Of a stretch of 64,000 nucleotides of DNA, positions 47,786 through 57,533 are shown piece by piece. Numbering within the stretch: the stretch's first letter is position 1; each line of letters opens with the position of its first letter. Source of the stretch: Minisyncoccota bacterium. GTDB taxonomy: Bacteria > Patescibacteriota > Minisyncoccia > Phycocordibacterales > UBA9973. The translations under genes and the position numbers were made by a program. The notes under the pieces were generated by a model. The model had not been told where the DNA came from. It worked only from the letters and a program-made list of their open reading frames with translations, and searched no databases. The DNA lies in contig JBBAAI010000002.1 in the NCBI GenBank assembly GCA_041658325.1, positions 20,409 through 84,408 of the forward strand, written 5' to 3'.

Positions 47786-49427
47786 AGATTGTGAACATTG
47801 TGAATCAAAATTCATTATTAATGAAGAAGAATTGAATATGTATGGTAAAGTTGGACTTGAACTACCTACTTTGTGTTTCTTTTGTCGTCTAAAACTACAA
47901 CTTGCTTTTTGGCCTTTTGGTAAATTTCGTAAAGGAAAATCAGACTTGTCCGGAAATAACTTGATTACTATTTTACCAGAAAGAAGCAGATACCCTATTT
48001 ATACATTCAACGAATGGATCGGTGACGGATGGGATGCCATAAAATTTGGTTATAATTACAAAGAAAACGAATCATTTTTCAAGCAAATGAAGGATTTGCA
48101 AGAAAAAATACCACGACCGCACCAAATTGGAAGTAAAAATATTAACTGTGATTGGTGTGACGATGTTTGGAGTTGTAAAAATTGTTATCTTTCACGTTCG
48201 ATGCTTGGCTGTGAATATTTGTTGTATTCTTACAGAAATTATCGAGTGAAAAATTCAATTGATGTTACTGTGTGTTTTGATTGTGAAAAGTGTTATGACA
48301 CATCTGAATGTCATAAATCATACAAACTTTTTTATTCAAAACACTCTCGTGACTGTATCGATTCATACTTTTTATATGATTGCCGTAATTGCCAAAATTG
48401 TTTTATGTGCTGGAATTTACGCAACAAATCTTATTGTATTGAAAATAGGCAATATTCAAAGAGTGAATACGAAGAAAAGATTAAGTCTTTTAATCTTGGT
48501 TCGTACGATTCGATTCAGTCATTCAAGAATAAATTTGAAGCAATAACAAAAAAAGAGGTAGTTCATCGACCTAATTTTAATTTCAAGATTTATAATTCTG
48601 ATGGTGACTATATTGAAGATTGTAAAAATTGTCATAATTGTTTTACAGTAATGGAATCCGAAGATTGTTTTAACATGGCACGTGGAGGGTTTCATAAGTC
48701 GAGCATTGATGTCAGTGGTTCAATGTCGTTAGAGTTGTCAGGTAATTGTAGTTTATGTCAACCCAATGGTTATTCGCTTAAATATTCAAGTTGGTCTTCG
48801 GCAAGATATTCAGAATATCTAGATTTGTGCCTTGATTGTGAATATTGTTTTGGTTGTGTTGGTTTAAAAAAGAAAAAATATTGTATTCTAAATAAGCAAT
48901 ACAGCAGGGAGGAATATGGAAAATTAAGAAATAAAATTGTCTTTGACATGAAAAAAAATGGAGAATACGGAAAATTTTTCCCATATTCTATGAGTATGGG
49001 GCCATTTAATTTTTCGACTAGCTATGGTTATTTTCCAAAAACTAGAGAAGAGGAAATTCTAAAACTAGGTGGGTATTGGGAGAAACCAGACGAAAGTCGC
49101 ATAGAAGGAATATCTACCTCTGAATTACCAGACGACATAAAGGATGTGACAGATATTATAACAATTCAAGCACTTATTTGTCCCAAAACAGGATGGCGAT
49201 TTAATGTTACTAAAGATGAGCTATTATTTTACAAGGAAAATAATATTCCATTACCAAGAAAACATTTTGATGTGCGTACCATGGAACGTATGCAATATTT
49301 AACGGTACTTAAGGCTTTTCCTTATAATTGTTTTTTCTGTAAAAAAGAAATTATGGCTTATTATTTACCTGAATGGGGATATAAAAATATTGCCTGTGAG
49401 AAGTGCTATAAACAAAACATTGCTTAG
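47760..49427 (+). CDS. Cys-rich repeat protein with terminal CxxC zinc-ribbon motifs
   Basis: CEHC..CFFC N-terminus, CKNCY/CRNCQNCFMC/CFGCVGL repeats, CFFC..CEKC C-terminus. Confidence 0.85.
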   Translation: MNAKKEETRDCEHCESKFIINEEELNMYGKVGLELPTLCFFCRLKLQLAFWPFGKFRKGKSDLSGNNLITILPERSRYPIYTFNEWIGDGWDAIKFGYNYKENESFFKQMKDLQEKIPRPHQIGSKNINCDWCDDVWSCKNCYLSRSMLGCEYLLYSYRNYRVKNSIDVTVCFDCEKCYDTSECHKSYKLFYSKHSRDCIDSYFLYDCRNCQNCFMCWNLRNKSYCIENRQYSKSEYEEKIKSFNLGSYDSIQSFKNKFEAITKKEVVHRPNFNFKIYNSDGDYIEDCKNCHNCFTVMESEDCFNMARGGFHKSSIDVSGSMSLELSGNCSLCQPNGYSLKYSSWSSARYSEYLDLCLDCEYCFGCVGLKKKKYCILNKQYSREEYGKLRNKIVFDMKKNGEYGKFFPYSMSMGPFNFSTSYGYFPKTREEEILKLGGYWEKPDESRIEGISTSELPDDIKDVTDIITIQALICPKTGWRFNVTKDELLFYKENNIPLPRKHFDVRTMERMQYLTVLKAFPYNCFFCKKEIMAYYLPEWGYKNIACEKCYKQNIA

Positions 49428-49494
49428 TCTAATTAAGTAGTATAATAGGGTAAAGGTCGTTTATTTTATTAATAAGACGATAAACTCTATTTTT

Positions 49495-49800
49495 ATGGTA
49501 TTTATACACACTACTTGTGCTACAGCGGAAGAAGCGGAAACTTTAAGTAAGCTCATTATAGATAATAAAATGGGCGCTTGCGTGCATTATTGGCCGATTA
49601 ATTCTATGTATAATTGGAAAGGTGGATTTAAAAAAACAGAAGAGGTAATGATGGTTATCACTACTTTTGAAGCTAAGCTTGAAGTAGTAAATGATTTAAT
49701 TTCTCAACACCACAGCTATTCCACCCCAATGATCGCCGGCGTTGATGTTCGCAGAATCAATAGAGCTTATAAAGAGTGGATGATGAAAGAAATTTCTTAA
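49495..49800 (+). CDS. cutA: Divalent-cation tolerance protein CutA
   Basis: GAC, SMYNWKG..EE, HSYSTP. Confidence 0.88.
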   Translation: MVFIHTTCATAEEAETLSKLIIDNKMGACVHYWPINSMYNWKGGFKKTEEVMMVITTFEAKLEVVNDLISQHHSYSTPMIAGVDVRRINRAYKEWMMKEIS

Positions 49801-49803
49801 TTT

Positions 49804-50337
49804 TTATTTTCCAAAAGTTTCAAATAAAAACTTTTTTGTTTCTTCGTCTATGAATTGTGTAACGATGATCATCATTTCTGTCTCAAATCCCAAATCCTTT
49901 TTAATATTTGCGAATAGATGTTCGTACGGGAAAGGGGAGATCCAAGCAGAATTTTTTAAACATACAAAGCCGGCCTTTTTCAAAAGATAGCGAAGCGACT
50001 CACGTTCGCTTTTCCTATTTTCCGGGAGATCAAGTAAAATAATTCGCCAAAATCCGTCCCAAGAAGTATTCGCTAGAGTAGTGTCACTATCCAACTCCAG
50101 ACTGTGCATTTTTTTTCTGCCCTCTTTTGTGAGACGAGCATATTCGTTTTGCGGAGATGGTATTTGTTCTATCAACCCAGCTTCCCTGAGTCCTTTTAAA
50201 GAGCGCGTGATGGCGTATTTAGGGTCTTGGGAGCATTCTTCTGTATTTACCCGTTTTGCGAGTTCAGGTAGGGAAATAGCTGTTTTTTCACCTAATATTT
50301 TCAATATTTTTTTAGAATAATCGGGTTTTCTTGACAT
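49804..50337 (-). CDS. PaaX-like regulator (winged HTH plus Cas2-like domain)
   Basis: wHTH ..RLTKEG; WDGFWRIILLDLPE..R..LR..L...GF..L.NSAWISP. Confidence 0.82.
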   Translation of the reverse strand: MSRKPDYSKKILKILGEKTAISLPELAKRVNTEECSQDPKYAITRSLKGLREAGLIEQIPSPQNEYARLTKEGRKKMHSLELDSDTTLANTSWDGFWRIILLDLPENRKSERESLRYLLKKAGFVCLKNSAWISPFPYEHLFANIKKDLGFETEMMIIVTQFIDEETKKFLFETFGK

Positions 50338-50464
50338 ACGAATATTTTATACCTTATACTATCTTTTGACAAGTATTTCGCGAGCACGAAAAACTTGCTA
50401 AAAATTTAGGCCTAGTATATACTGGGTTTACAAAATTAATTATTAGTTAATAAATATAAAAGAT

Positions 50465-52378
50465 ATGTCAAAAATCATAGGTATAGATTTAGGTACAACA
50501 AATTCAGCAGTTGCTATTATTGAAGGGGGTGCGCCAAAAATTGTTGAGAACGTAGAGGGTAATCGAACGACACCCTCTGTTGTGGCAACAGCAAAAAATG
50601 GTGATCGTATTGTCGGTCTTCTGGGAAAAAGGCAAGCAGTGACCAATCCGGAAAATACAATTTCTGAAATTAAACGTTACATGGGTCACAGGTTTGATGA
50701 TCCGGAAGTGCAAAAAGACGAAGCGACTGCTTCTTTTAAAATTGAAGCTGGAGATGGCGGGGGAGTAAAAATAAAAATGTCAGATAAGTTTTACCGACCG
50801 GAAGAAATCTCTGCGATGATTTTACAAAAAATAAAAACGGACGTAGAGGCGAAACTGGGAGAAAAAATCACGGAAGCGATTATTACCGTACCAGCCTATT
50901 TTAACGATGCGCAAAGAAAAGCCACCAAAGATGCAGGACAAATTGCCGGTCTGGATGTAAAACGTATTATCAATGAACCGACGGCTGCGGCGCTCGCGTA
51001 TGGATTTAATAAAAAGAAAAATGAAAAAATAGTTGTTTACGATTTCGGTGGAGGAACCTTCGATGTATCCGTACTTGAAATTGGCGATGATGTCATAGAA
51101 GTGAAATCGACAGACGGCGACTCGCATATGGGCGGAGGCGATATTGATAGAAAAATAATTAGTTATATTGCTGAAGAATATAAAAAAGAATCAGGCATTG
51201 ATGTCGTTAAAGATCCGCTTGCGCATCAGAGATTAAAAGAAGCTGCCGAGAAAGCGAAACACGAACTTTCTACTACCATAGAAACTGAAATCAATGTTCC
51301 ATTTATCACCTCCGATGCTTCCGGACCAAAACATTTATTAATGAAAATGACTCGCGCTACTTTAGAATCTTTAGCGAAAGAATATATTGATCGTTCTATT
51401 GAAATCACTAAGAGAGCATTGTCTGCATCGCCATTTAAGATGAATGAAATAAATGAAATTATCATGGTGGGTGGACAGACGAGAATGCCGGCGATAGTTT
51501 CTGCGGTGAAAAATCTTTTCGGCAAGGAACCGAATATGTCTATCAATCCGGATGAAGTCGTGGCTCTCGGAGCTGCGGTGCAAGCTGGCGTGTTACAGGG
51601 AGACGTACGTGATGTTCTTCTGCTCGATGTTATCCCGCTTTCTTTGGGAATTGAAACATTGGGTGGAGTAGCAACAAAATTGATTGATCGCAATACCACT
51701 ATTCCGTCTTCTAAATCCCAAACATTTTCTACTGCCGCCGACAATCAGACTTCGGTGGAAATTCATATTGTGCAAGGGGAACGTCCGATGGCGTCTGACA
51801 ATAAATCCCTAGGACGATTTATCTTGGATGGAGTTCCGCCAGCACCTCGTGGTATGCCTCAGATTGAGGTTTCCTTTGATGTGGATGTAAATGGAATTTT
51901 GAACGTGTCTGCAAAAGATAAGGCTTCAGGAAAAACTCAATCGATTAAAATAGAAGCAAGTTCCGGACTGAAAGATGAAGATATAAAGAAAATGCAAGCC
52001 GATGCGGAATTGCACGCGGAAGAAGACAAGAAAAAGAAAGAAAACGCTGAAGTAAAAAATACTGCGGAGATGATTATTTATACTGCCGAAAAAGCGTTGA
52101 AAGACAACGAAGCGAAAATTCCGACAGAATTAAAAGATAATGTAAATGCAAAAATAACTGCTCTGCGTGGTGTAAAAGATGGCACGGACGGAGAAGCGAT
52201 AAAGAAAGCTACCGAAGAACTTTCTGCCGAAATGTCTAAAATGGGTGAAGCTATAGCGAAAAGTTCACCCGCCTCTGGCGAGCCAGAAACTGCCAAGGCC
52301 CCCGAAGAACAACCGGCCGAAGTACACGATGCAGAATTCAAGGAGAAAAAAGAGGGGGAGGATGAGACAAAATCTTAA
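50465..52378 (+). CDS. dnaK: Chaperone DnaK
   Basis: [33 protein letters not shown]. Confidence 0.99.
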   Translation: MSKIIGIDLGTTNSAVAIIEGGAPKIVENVEGNRTTPSVVATAKNGDRIVGLLGKRQAVTNPENTISEIKRYMGHRFDDPEVQKDEATASFKIEAGDGGGVKIKMSDKFYRPEEISAMILQKIKTDVEAKLGEKITEAIITVPAYFNDAQRKATKDAGQIAGLDVKRIINEPTAAALAYGFNKKKNEKIVVYDFGGGTFDVSVLEIGDDVIEVKSTDGDSHMGGGDIDRKIISYIAEEYKKESGIDVVKDPLAHQRLKEAAEKAKHELSTTIETEINVPFITSDASGPKHLLMKMTRATLESLAKEYIDRSIEITKRALSASPFKMNEINEIIMVGGQTRMPAIVSAVKNLFGKEPNMSINPDEVVALGAAVQAGVLQGDVRDVLLLDVIPLSLGIETLGGVATKLIDRNTTIPSSKSQTFSTAADNQTSVEIHIVQGERPMASDNKSLGRFILDGVPPAPRGMPQIEVSFDVDVNGILNVSAKDKASGKTQSIKIEASSGLKDEDIKKMQADAELHAEEDKKKKENAEVKNTAEMIIYTAEKALKDNEAKIPTELKDNVNAKITALRGVKDGTDGEAIKKATEELSAEMSKMGEAIAKSSPASGEPETAKAPEEQPAEVHDAEFKEKKEGEDETKS

Positions 52379-52398
52379 CCAAGTGCTATAATTTAAGA

Positions 52399-54387
52399 AT
52401 GGAACTTCCAGAAATACTTATAAATAAAGATGTAACTTATCTTGGTCTTACTACTTTTCGCGACAAAAATCAGCTTTTTGGCATTAAGCGAAAAGACAGA
52501 CGTCAGCATGTTTATATTCTCGGAAAATCCGGTACTGGTAAATCTGTGTTGATGTTCAACATGATTATTCAGAACATTCAGAACGGCGAAGGAGTTTGCG
52601 TAGTTGACCCACACGGAGAACTTGTAGAAGGAGTACTTTCCGCTATTCCGCCTCATCGCATGAAAGACGTGGTCTATTTCAATCCAGCCGACGTAGAACA
52701 TCATATTGGCTTTAACGTGTTAGAACTTATTGATCCACAATATAAGCATTTGGTGGCTTCAGGTTTAATGGGTATTTTTACGAAGATCTGGGCGAATGCT
52801 TGGAGCGCCCGAATGGAATATATTTTGAATAATTGCATTTTGGCATTGCTTGATACTCCCGGCACAACGCTTCTCGGAATTCCGAGATTGTTGGTAGATA
52901 AAGATTATCGTCAAAAAATAATTGCTAATTTGAAAGATCCGGTGATTAAGGCTTTCTGGGTGCACGAATACGAAGCCTGGCAGGATAAATTTAGAAATGA
53001 AGCGATCGCTCCGATTCAAAACAAAGTCGGTCAATTTCTTTCCACCTCTATCATCCGAAATGTTGTCGGGCAGTCAAAAAGCACAATCAATATTTTTGAC
53101 ATCATGAATGACAGTAAGATTTTCCTAGTGAATGTTTCCAAGGGACGTATCGGTGAGGACAACTCTGGACTTCTGGGAGGGATGATTATTACTAAAATTC
53201 AGTTAGCCGCGATGGAACGCGTGCGTATTCCCGAAGATCATCGTAAAGATTTTTATCTTTACGTGGACGAATTTCAAAATTTCGTAACGGATGCTTTCGC
53301 GGGTATTTTGTCTGAGGCCAGAAAGTACAGATTGAATCTTACTGTGGCGCACCAATATACCGCTCAACTTATTTCAGATAAAAGTTCCGCAGTGCGTGAT
53401 GCTGTTTTCGGCAACGTCGGTACGATGATAGTTTTTAGAGTCGGTTCAGATGATGCGGATTTCTTAGAAAAAGAATTTGATCCGGAATTTACTCCTTCAG
53501 ATATCGTAAATTTACCGAACTATAAAATTTATTTAAAATTGATGATAGATGGCGTTACTTCTCGTCCTTTTTCTGCGAAAACATTACCACAAATGGTAAA
53601 ATCGGGTGATAAAAAAGTGGAGGAAGAAGTTATCAGAACTTCTCGCGAACTTTACTGTCGACCGAGGGATGTTATAGAAAGGGAAATAAATGAATGGAGT
53701 GGAATGTCTTTAGGAGACGACAATATTTCGTCTTTTGGTGGAATGGAGAAATTTAAAATTATTTGTTCTAATTGTGGACTGGAAAAAACCGTTCCGTTCA
53801 AACCAGAGCCAGGAAGGGCGGTATATTGCAAGGAATGTATGGCGAAAATTAAATCTGGAGAAGTAAAAATAGAAAAGAAAGGACAAGATCAAATTAATTA
53901 CGATGAATCCAAGTTTTATAAACCCTTAGCAGATTTAGGGATAGAATTTAAACAAAAAAATGGTGATGGAAAGATTGAAACAGAAAACAGGTATCCTGAA
54001 AGAATTGAAAAATCCACATCTCATAATTTTGATAAAAAAGTTCCAATTAAATCCATTCCACCCATGCGCCCTAGAATATTTTCAGCTATTAAGAAAGTTT
54101 TTGTCGGTGATAAACCAAAGGCCTCGCCCGTGGACGGTCTACCCTCGGGCATAGGCCCACGGGCGAGCCGGCCGAGGGAAAATTTAGCATTAAAAGATCT
54201 TTTAAATAAATCTGTGTCATCTAAAGATCGTGCTGCTAGCGCGGAAAATATGAATAAATTAAAAGATTTAATTTCAGAAAAAGTTCCTACGCCAACACCA
54301 TCTACACCAATTCAGCCCACCGCTCCAACAAGCAAAGGACAAGTAAAGGAAGTTCCCGAAGACGTCTTGAGGAAAATTTTGGAATAA
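52399..54387 (+). CDS. VirD4/TrwB/HerA-like ATPase with CxxC-x17-CxxC domain
   Basis: DRRQH, GKSGTGKS, DPHG, LYVDEFQN, SEARKY, AHQ; CSNC-17-CKEC; Pro-rich tail. Confidence 0.88.
   Translation: MELPEILINKDVTYLGLTTFRDKNQLFGIKRKDRRQHVYILGKSGTGKSVLMFNMIIQNIQNGEGVCVVDPHGELVEGVLSAIPPHRMKDVVYFNPADVEHHIGFNVLELIDPQYKHLVASGLMGIFTKIWANAWSARMEYILNNCILALLDTPGTTLLGIPRLLVDKDYRQKIIANLKDPVIKAFWVHEYEAWQDKFRNEAIAPIQNKVGQFLSTSIIRNVVGQSKSTINIFDIMNDSKIFLVNVSKGRIGEDNSGLLGGMIITKIQLAAMERVRIPEDHRKDFYLYVDEFQNFVTDAFAGILSEARKYRLNLTVAHQYTAQLISDKSSAVRDAVFGNVGTMIVFRVGSDDADFLEKEFDPEFTPSDIVNLPNYKIYLKLMIDGVTSRPFSAKTLPQMVKSGDKKVEEEVIRTSRELYCRPRDVIEREINEWSGMSLGDDNISSFGGMEKFKIICSNCGLEKTVPFKPEPGRAVYCKECMAKIKSGEVKIEKKGQDQINYDESKFYKPLADLGIEFKQKNGDGKIETENRYPERIEKSTSHNFDKKVPIKSIPPMRPRIFSAIKKVFVGDKPKASPVDGLPSGIGPRASRPRENLALKDLLNKSVSSKDRAASAENMNKLKDLISEKVPTPTPSTPIQPTAPTSKGQVKEVPEDVLRKILE
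54120..54178. repeat. GC-rich palindromic segment inside the ATPase gene
   Basis: 11-bp inverted repeat CTCGCCCGTGG/CCACGGGCGAG; termini shared with the infB segment. Confidence 0.75.
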
Positions 54388-54391
54388 ATAT

Positions 54392-55843
54392 ATGGCAAGA
54401 GAAAATAGAGTGCAAATAATTAAATATGCCCCGCCACCGCCGGAGTTGCCAGTCTTTGGCAAAGTAAAACCCGAGGAAGTTTCTTTTATCGGACGGACTA
54501 ATTATGTAGCTTCTCTTGAAGAAAAGAAATTTGTTTTTGGAATCAAGAGAGCAGATCGTCGAAGGCACCTTTATGTTGTTGGGAAATCGGGAGTAGGCAA
54601 AAGCAAGTTGTTGGAGCTTTTTATGCGTCAAGATATAGCCTATGGTCATGGAATTTGTTTGATTGACCCACACGGAGATGAGATAGAAGCAATTCTTGAT
54701 TACATACCTAAAGAGCGCATAGAAGACGTTTGTATTATTGATCCCACTGATATTGATTTTCCGGCCTCCTTTAATCCATTGGCAAATGTTGATCCGATGT
54801 TTAAATTTCAACTGACTCAAGGATTAATTGAAGTTTTTCAAAAACAATTCGGAGCGAACTGGACACCGCGCCTTGAGCACGTTTTTCGATTTACGTGTTT
54901 AGCTTTACTGGATTATCCTCACGCCACAATGCGTGGAATGATTTCAATGCTGACAGATAGAAATTACCGACAAAAAGTGGTGGAATATATTACAGATGAC
55001 ATGGTAAAAAGATTCTTCGCTATAGAATTCGCGGATTGGTCTGAAAAATTTGATACGGATGCTATCATTCCGCTCGTGAACAAACTCGGACAATTTCTTT
55101 CCGATCCATTACTACGAAATATTTTTGGGCAAAAACAAAATAAGATAGATATCAGCGAACTGATGAATCAACAGAAAATAATTTTAATAAATCTTTCCAA
55201 GGGGCGTCTCGGCGAAGAAAATTCTTCCTTTTTGGGTTCAATGTTTTTGACGAAAATAAAACAAGCTGGAATGGAACGGGCCGCTATCCCGGAAAAAGAG
55301 CGCAAAGACTTTTATTTATATGTAGATGAGTTCCAAAACGTCGTTACCCAAACATTTGAAAATATTTTATCGGAAGCCAGAAAATATGCATTAAATTTAA
55401 CCATTGCTCATCAATATGTCGGCCAAATTTTACCGAAAGTTCACCAGGCGGTACTAGGGAATTGCGGGAGTGTTATTACTTTTCGGATTGGTGGTGAAGA
55501 TGCGGTTAAAATGAAACCGGAATTCTCTCCCGTTTTTGACGTTAAAGATATGATTAATCTGGCAGTCGGGGAATTTTATATAAAAATGACTATTGATGGA
55601 GAATCTTATGATCCATTTTCAGCCGAAACTCTACGAGTTCTCCCGCCAACGCATCCCTCATATAGAGAAGAAATAATTACGGCTTCACGTAACAAGTATT
55701 CAATTTCAAAAGATGACGCTACTAAACTTATTGCGGAGGAAGAGGCGACAATAATTCGAAGTGTGGAGGAAAAAGCAACAATTGAAGGAAAATCTCAGGC
55801 AAAAAATGATGAGACTTCACAAGAAGAGGAGCCTATGATATAG
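54392..55843 (+). CDS. Second VirD4/TrwB/HerA-like ATPase (paralog)
   Basis: DRRRH, GKSGVGKS, DPHG, LYVDEFQN, SEARKY. Confidence 0.88.
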   Translation: MARENRVQIIKYAPPPPELPVFGKVKPEEVSFIGRTNYVASLEEKKFVFGIKRADRRRHLYVVGKSGVGKSKLLELFMRQDIAYGHGICLIDPHGDEIEAILDYIPKERIEDVCIIDPTDIDFPASFNPLANVDPMFKFQLTQGLIEVFQKQFGANWTPRLEHVFRFTCLALLDYPHATMRGMISMLTDRNYRQKVVEYITDDMVKRFFAIEFADWSEKFDTDAIIPLVNKLGQFLSDPLLRNIFGQKQNKIDISELMNQQKIILINLSKGRLGEENSSFLGSMFLTKIKQAGMERAAIPEKERKDFYLYVDEFQNVVTQTFENILSEARKYALNLTIAHQYVGQILPKVHQAVLGNCGSVITFRIGGEDAVKMKPEFSPVFDVKDMINLAVGEFYIKMTIDGESYDPFSAETLRVLPPTHPSYREEIITASRNKYSISKDDATKLIAEEEATIIRSVEEKATIEGKSQAKNDETSQEEEPMI

Positions 55844-55861
55844 TTTTTCAACAAAATAATT

Positions 55862-56956
55862 ATGAAACAAGATTACTACGAAATTTTAGGAGTAAATAAG
55901 GGTGCTTCAAAAGACGAAATAAAAAAAGCCTTTTATAAATTGGCGCACAAATATCATCCTGATAAGGGAGGTGGCGATGAAGCAAAATTCAAACAAGTAA
56001 ATGAAGCTTATCAAGTGTTATCTAACGATGAAAAGCGTTCAAAATACGATCAATTTGGGTCTGGATTTGAAAATATGGGACAGGGAGGATATGGCGGAGG
56101 ACAAAGAGGTGGTTTTGAGGGATTTGATTTTTCTGGTTTTCAAAATGGAAATGCCGATTTTGACTTCGGAAATCTTAATGATATTTTCAGCGATTTTTTC
56201 GGTGGGGGTATGGGTGGAGGAAGACAACAGCAAAGAAGGGGAAGAGATATTTCTACCGAAATTCAAATTTCATTTTCAGATTCCATTTTTGGCGTGAACC
56301 GCAAAGTTTTAATTACAAAAACTTCTAAATGTTTAACTTGTAATGGTTCCGGCGCGAAAGCTGGATCTAAAATGGAAACTTGCAAACATTGTAATGGCCA
56401 AGGAAAAATTCACGAACAAAAAAGAACAATTTTTGGAACTATTGCAAACACAAAAGTTTGTGACGTGTGTTTAGGCGCAGGCGAAGTTCCGCATGAGTTA
56501 TGTGATAAATGTAAAGGCAAAGGCGTTTTACGTCGCGAAGAAGAAGTCTCTATTGTCATTCCCGCCGGCATTCGTGACGGCGAAATGGTTCGAATGTCGG
56601 GACTTGGAGAGGCAATTTCTAAGGGAACAACCGGGGATTTGTATATAAAAATAAATGTGACACCACATTCAGTATTTAAACGTGAAGGCAATGATCTCGT
56701 GATGAATTTGAATTTAAAACTTTCTGACGCGCTTTTGGGTACAAAGTATCCTATTCAAACATTGGACGGAGAAATAGAAGTGACTATCCCAGAAGGAGTT
56801 ACAATTAACGAGATTCTTCGCGTGCGAGGCAAGGGAGTGCCAATGCCTAAAAGTAAACGTGGTGATCTTCTAATAAAACTAAACATCAAACTTCCATCAA
56901 AACTTTCCCGCAAATCTCGTGAAATTATAGAGGAATTAAGGAAAGAGGGGATATAA
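55862..56956 (+). CDS. dnaJ: Chaperone DnaJ
   Basis: HPD J-domain, G/F region, four CxxCxGxG repeats. Confidence 0.98.
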   Translation: MKQDYYEILGVNKGASKDEIKKAFYKLAHKYHPDKGGGDEAKFKQVNEAYQVLSNDEKRSKYDQFGSGFENMGQGGYGGGQRGGFEGFDFSGFQNGNADFDFGNLNDIFSDFFGGGMGGGRQQQRRGRDISTEIQISFSDSIFGVNRKVLITKTSKCLTCNGSGAKAGSKMETCKHCNGQGKIHEQKRTIFGTIANTKVCDVCLGAGEVPHELCDKCKGKGVLRREEEVSIVIPAGIRDGEMVRMSGLGEAISKGTTGDLYIKINVTPHSVFKREGNDLVMNLNLKLSDALLGTKYPIQTLDGEIEVTIPEGVTINEILRVRGKGVPMPKSKRGDLLIKLNIKLPSKLSRKSREIIEELRKEGI

Positions 56957-56957
56957 A

Positions 56958-57533
56958 ATGTTTCCTGAACAAATTATTATTGTTGGAGTTTTGGTAAATC
57001 TGCTCTGTTCTTTTTGGTATATAAAAAATGTTCTAAAAGGGGATACGAAACCGAATCCGGTTTCTTGGTTCATATGGTCCTTGGCGCCGTTTGTTGGCGT
57101 ATTTTTGCAATTAAAAGCTGGAGCCTCCTGGTCTGTGATGAGCGTTTTTATGGCTGGCTTCGCCCCACTTTTGGTAGTAATTTTTACTTTGTTCAAAAAG
57201 AATGCTTTTTGGAAAATACAACTTCTTGATATCATTTGTGGAATTTTTTCCGTATTAGCGTTAGTTATTTATATAATAACAAGCAATTTATGGATTTCAA
57301 TTATTTTTGCCATTGCGAGCGATTTTTTAGCTTACATTCCAACTTTTATTAAAACCTGGAATAACCCAGAGACCGAAACGAGTTCTGTGTATTTAGGCGG
57401 AATAATTAATAATTTTATCTCATTGCTGATTATTAAAAACTGGGCTTTCGTAATATATTCTTTCCCGATATATTTGATACTTGCAAATATTGTTGAGATT
57501 CTCTTTATTTATCGAAAGAAAATTATCTCTTAA
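56958..57533 (+). CDS. Multi-pass membrane protein
   Basis: About 6-7 TMs; TKPN..SWFIW and PT..KTW..P.TE internal repeat (PQ-loop-like). Confidence 0.75.
   Translation: MFPEQIIIVGVLVNLLCSFWYIKNVLKGDTKPNPVSWFIWSLAPFVGVFLQLKAGASWSVMSVFMAGFAPLLVVIFTLFKKNAFWKIQLLDIICGIFSVLALVIYIITSNLWISIIFAIASDFLAYIPTFIKTWNNPETETSSVYLGGIINNFISLLIIKNWAFVIYSFPIYLILANIVEILFIYRKKIIS

Noticed and set aside
49804-50337. CRISPR-Cas locus suggested by the Cas2-like domain
   Set aside because: Domain is fused to a wHTH (PaaX-like); no cas1 and no repeat-spacer array seen in the window
52399-55843. Integrative conjugative element inserted in dnaK-dnaJ
   Set aside because: No relaxase, integrase or att repeats; spacing to dnaK and dnaJ is only about 20 nt and composition is host-like
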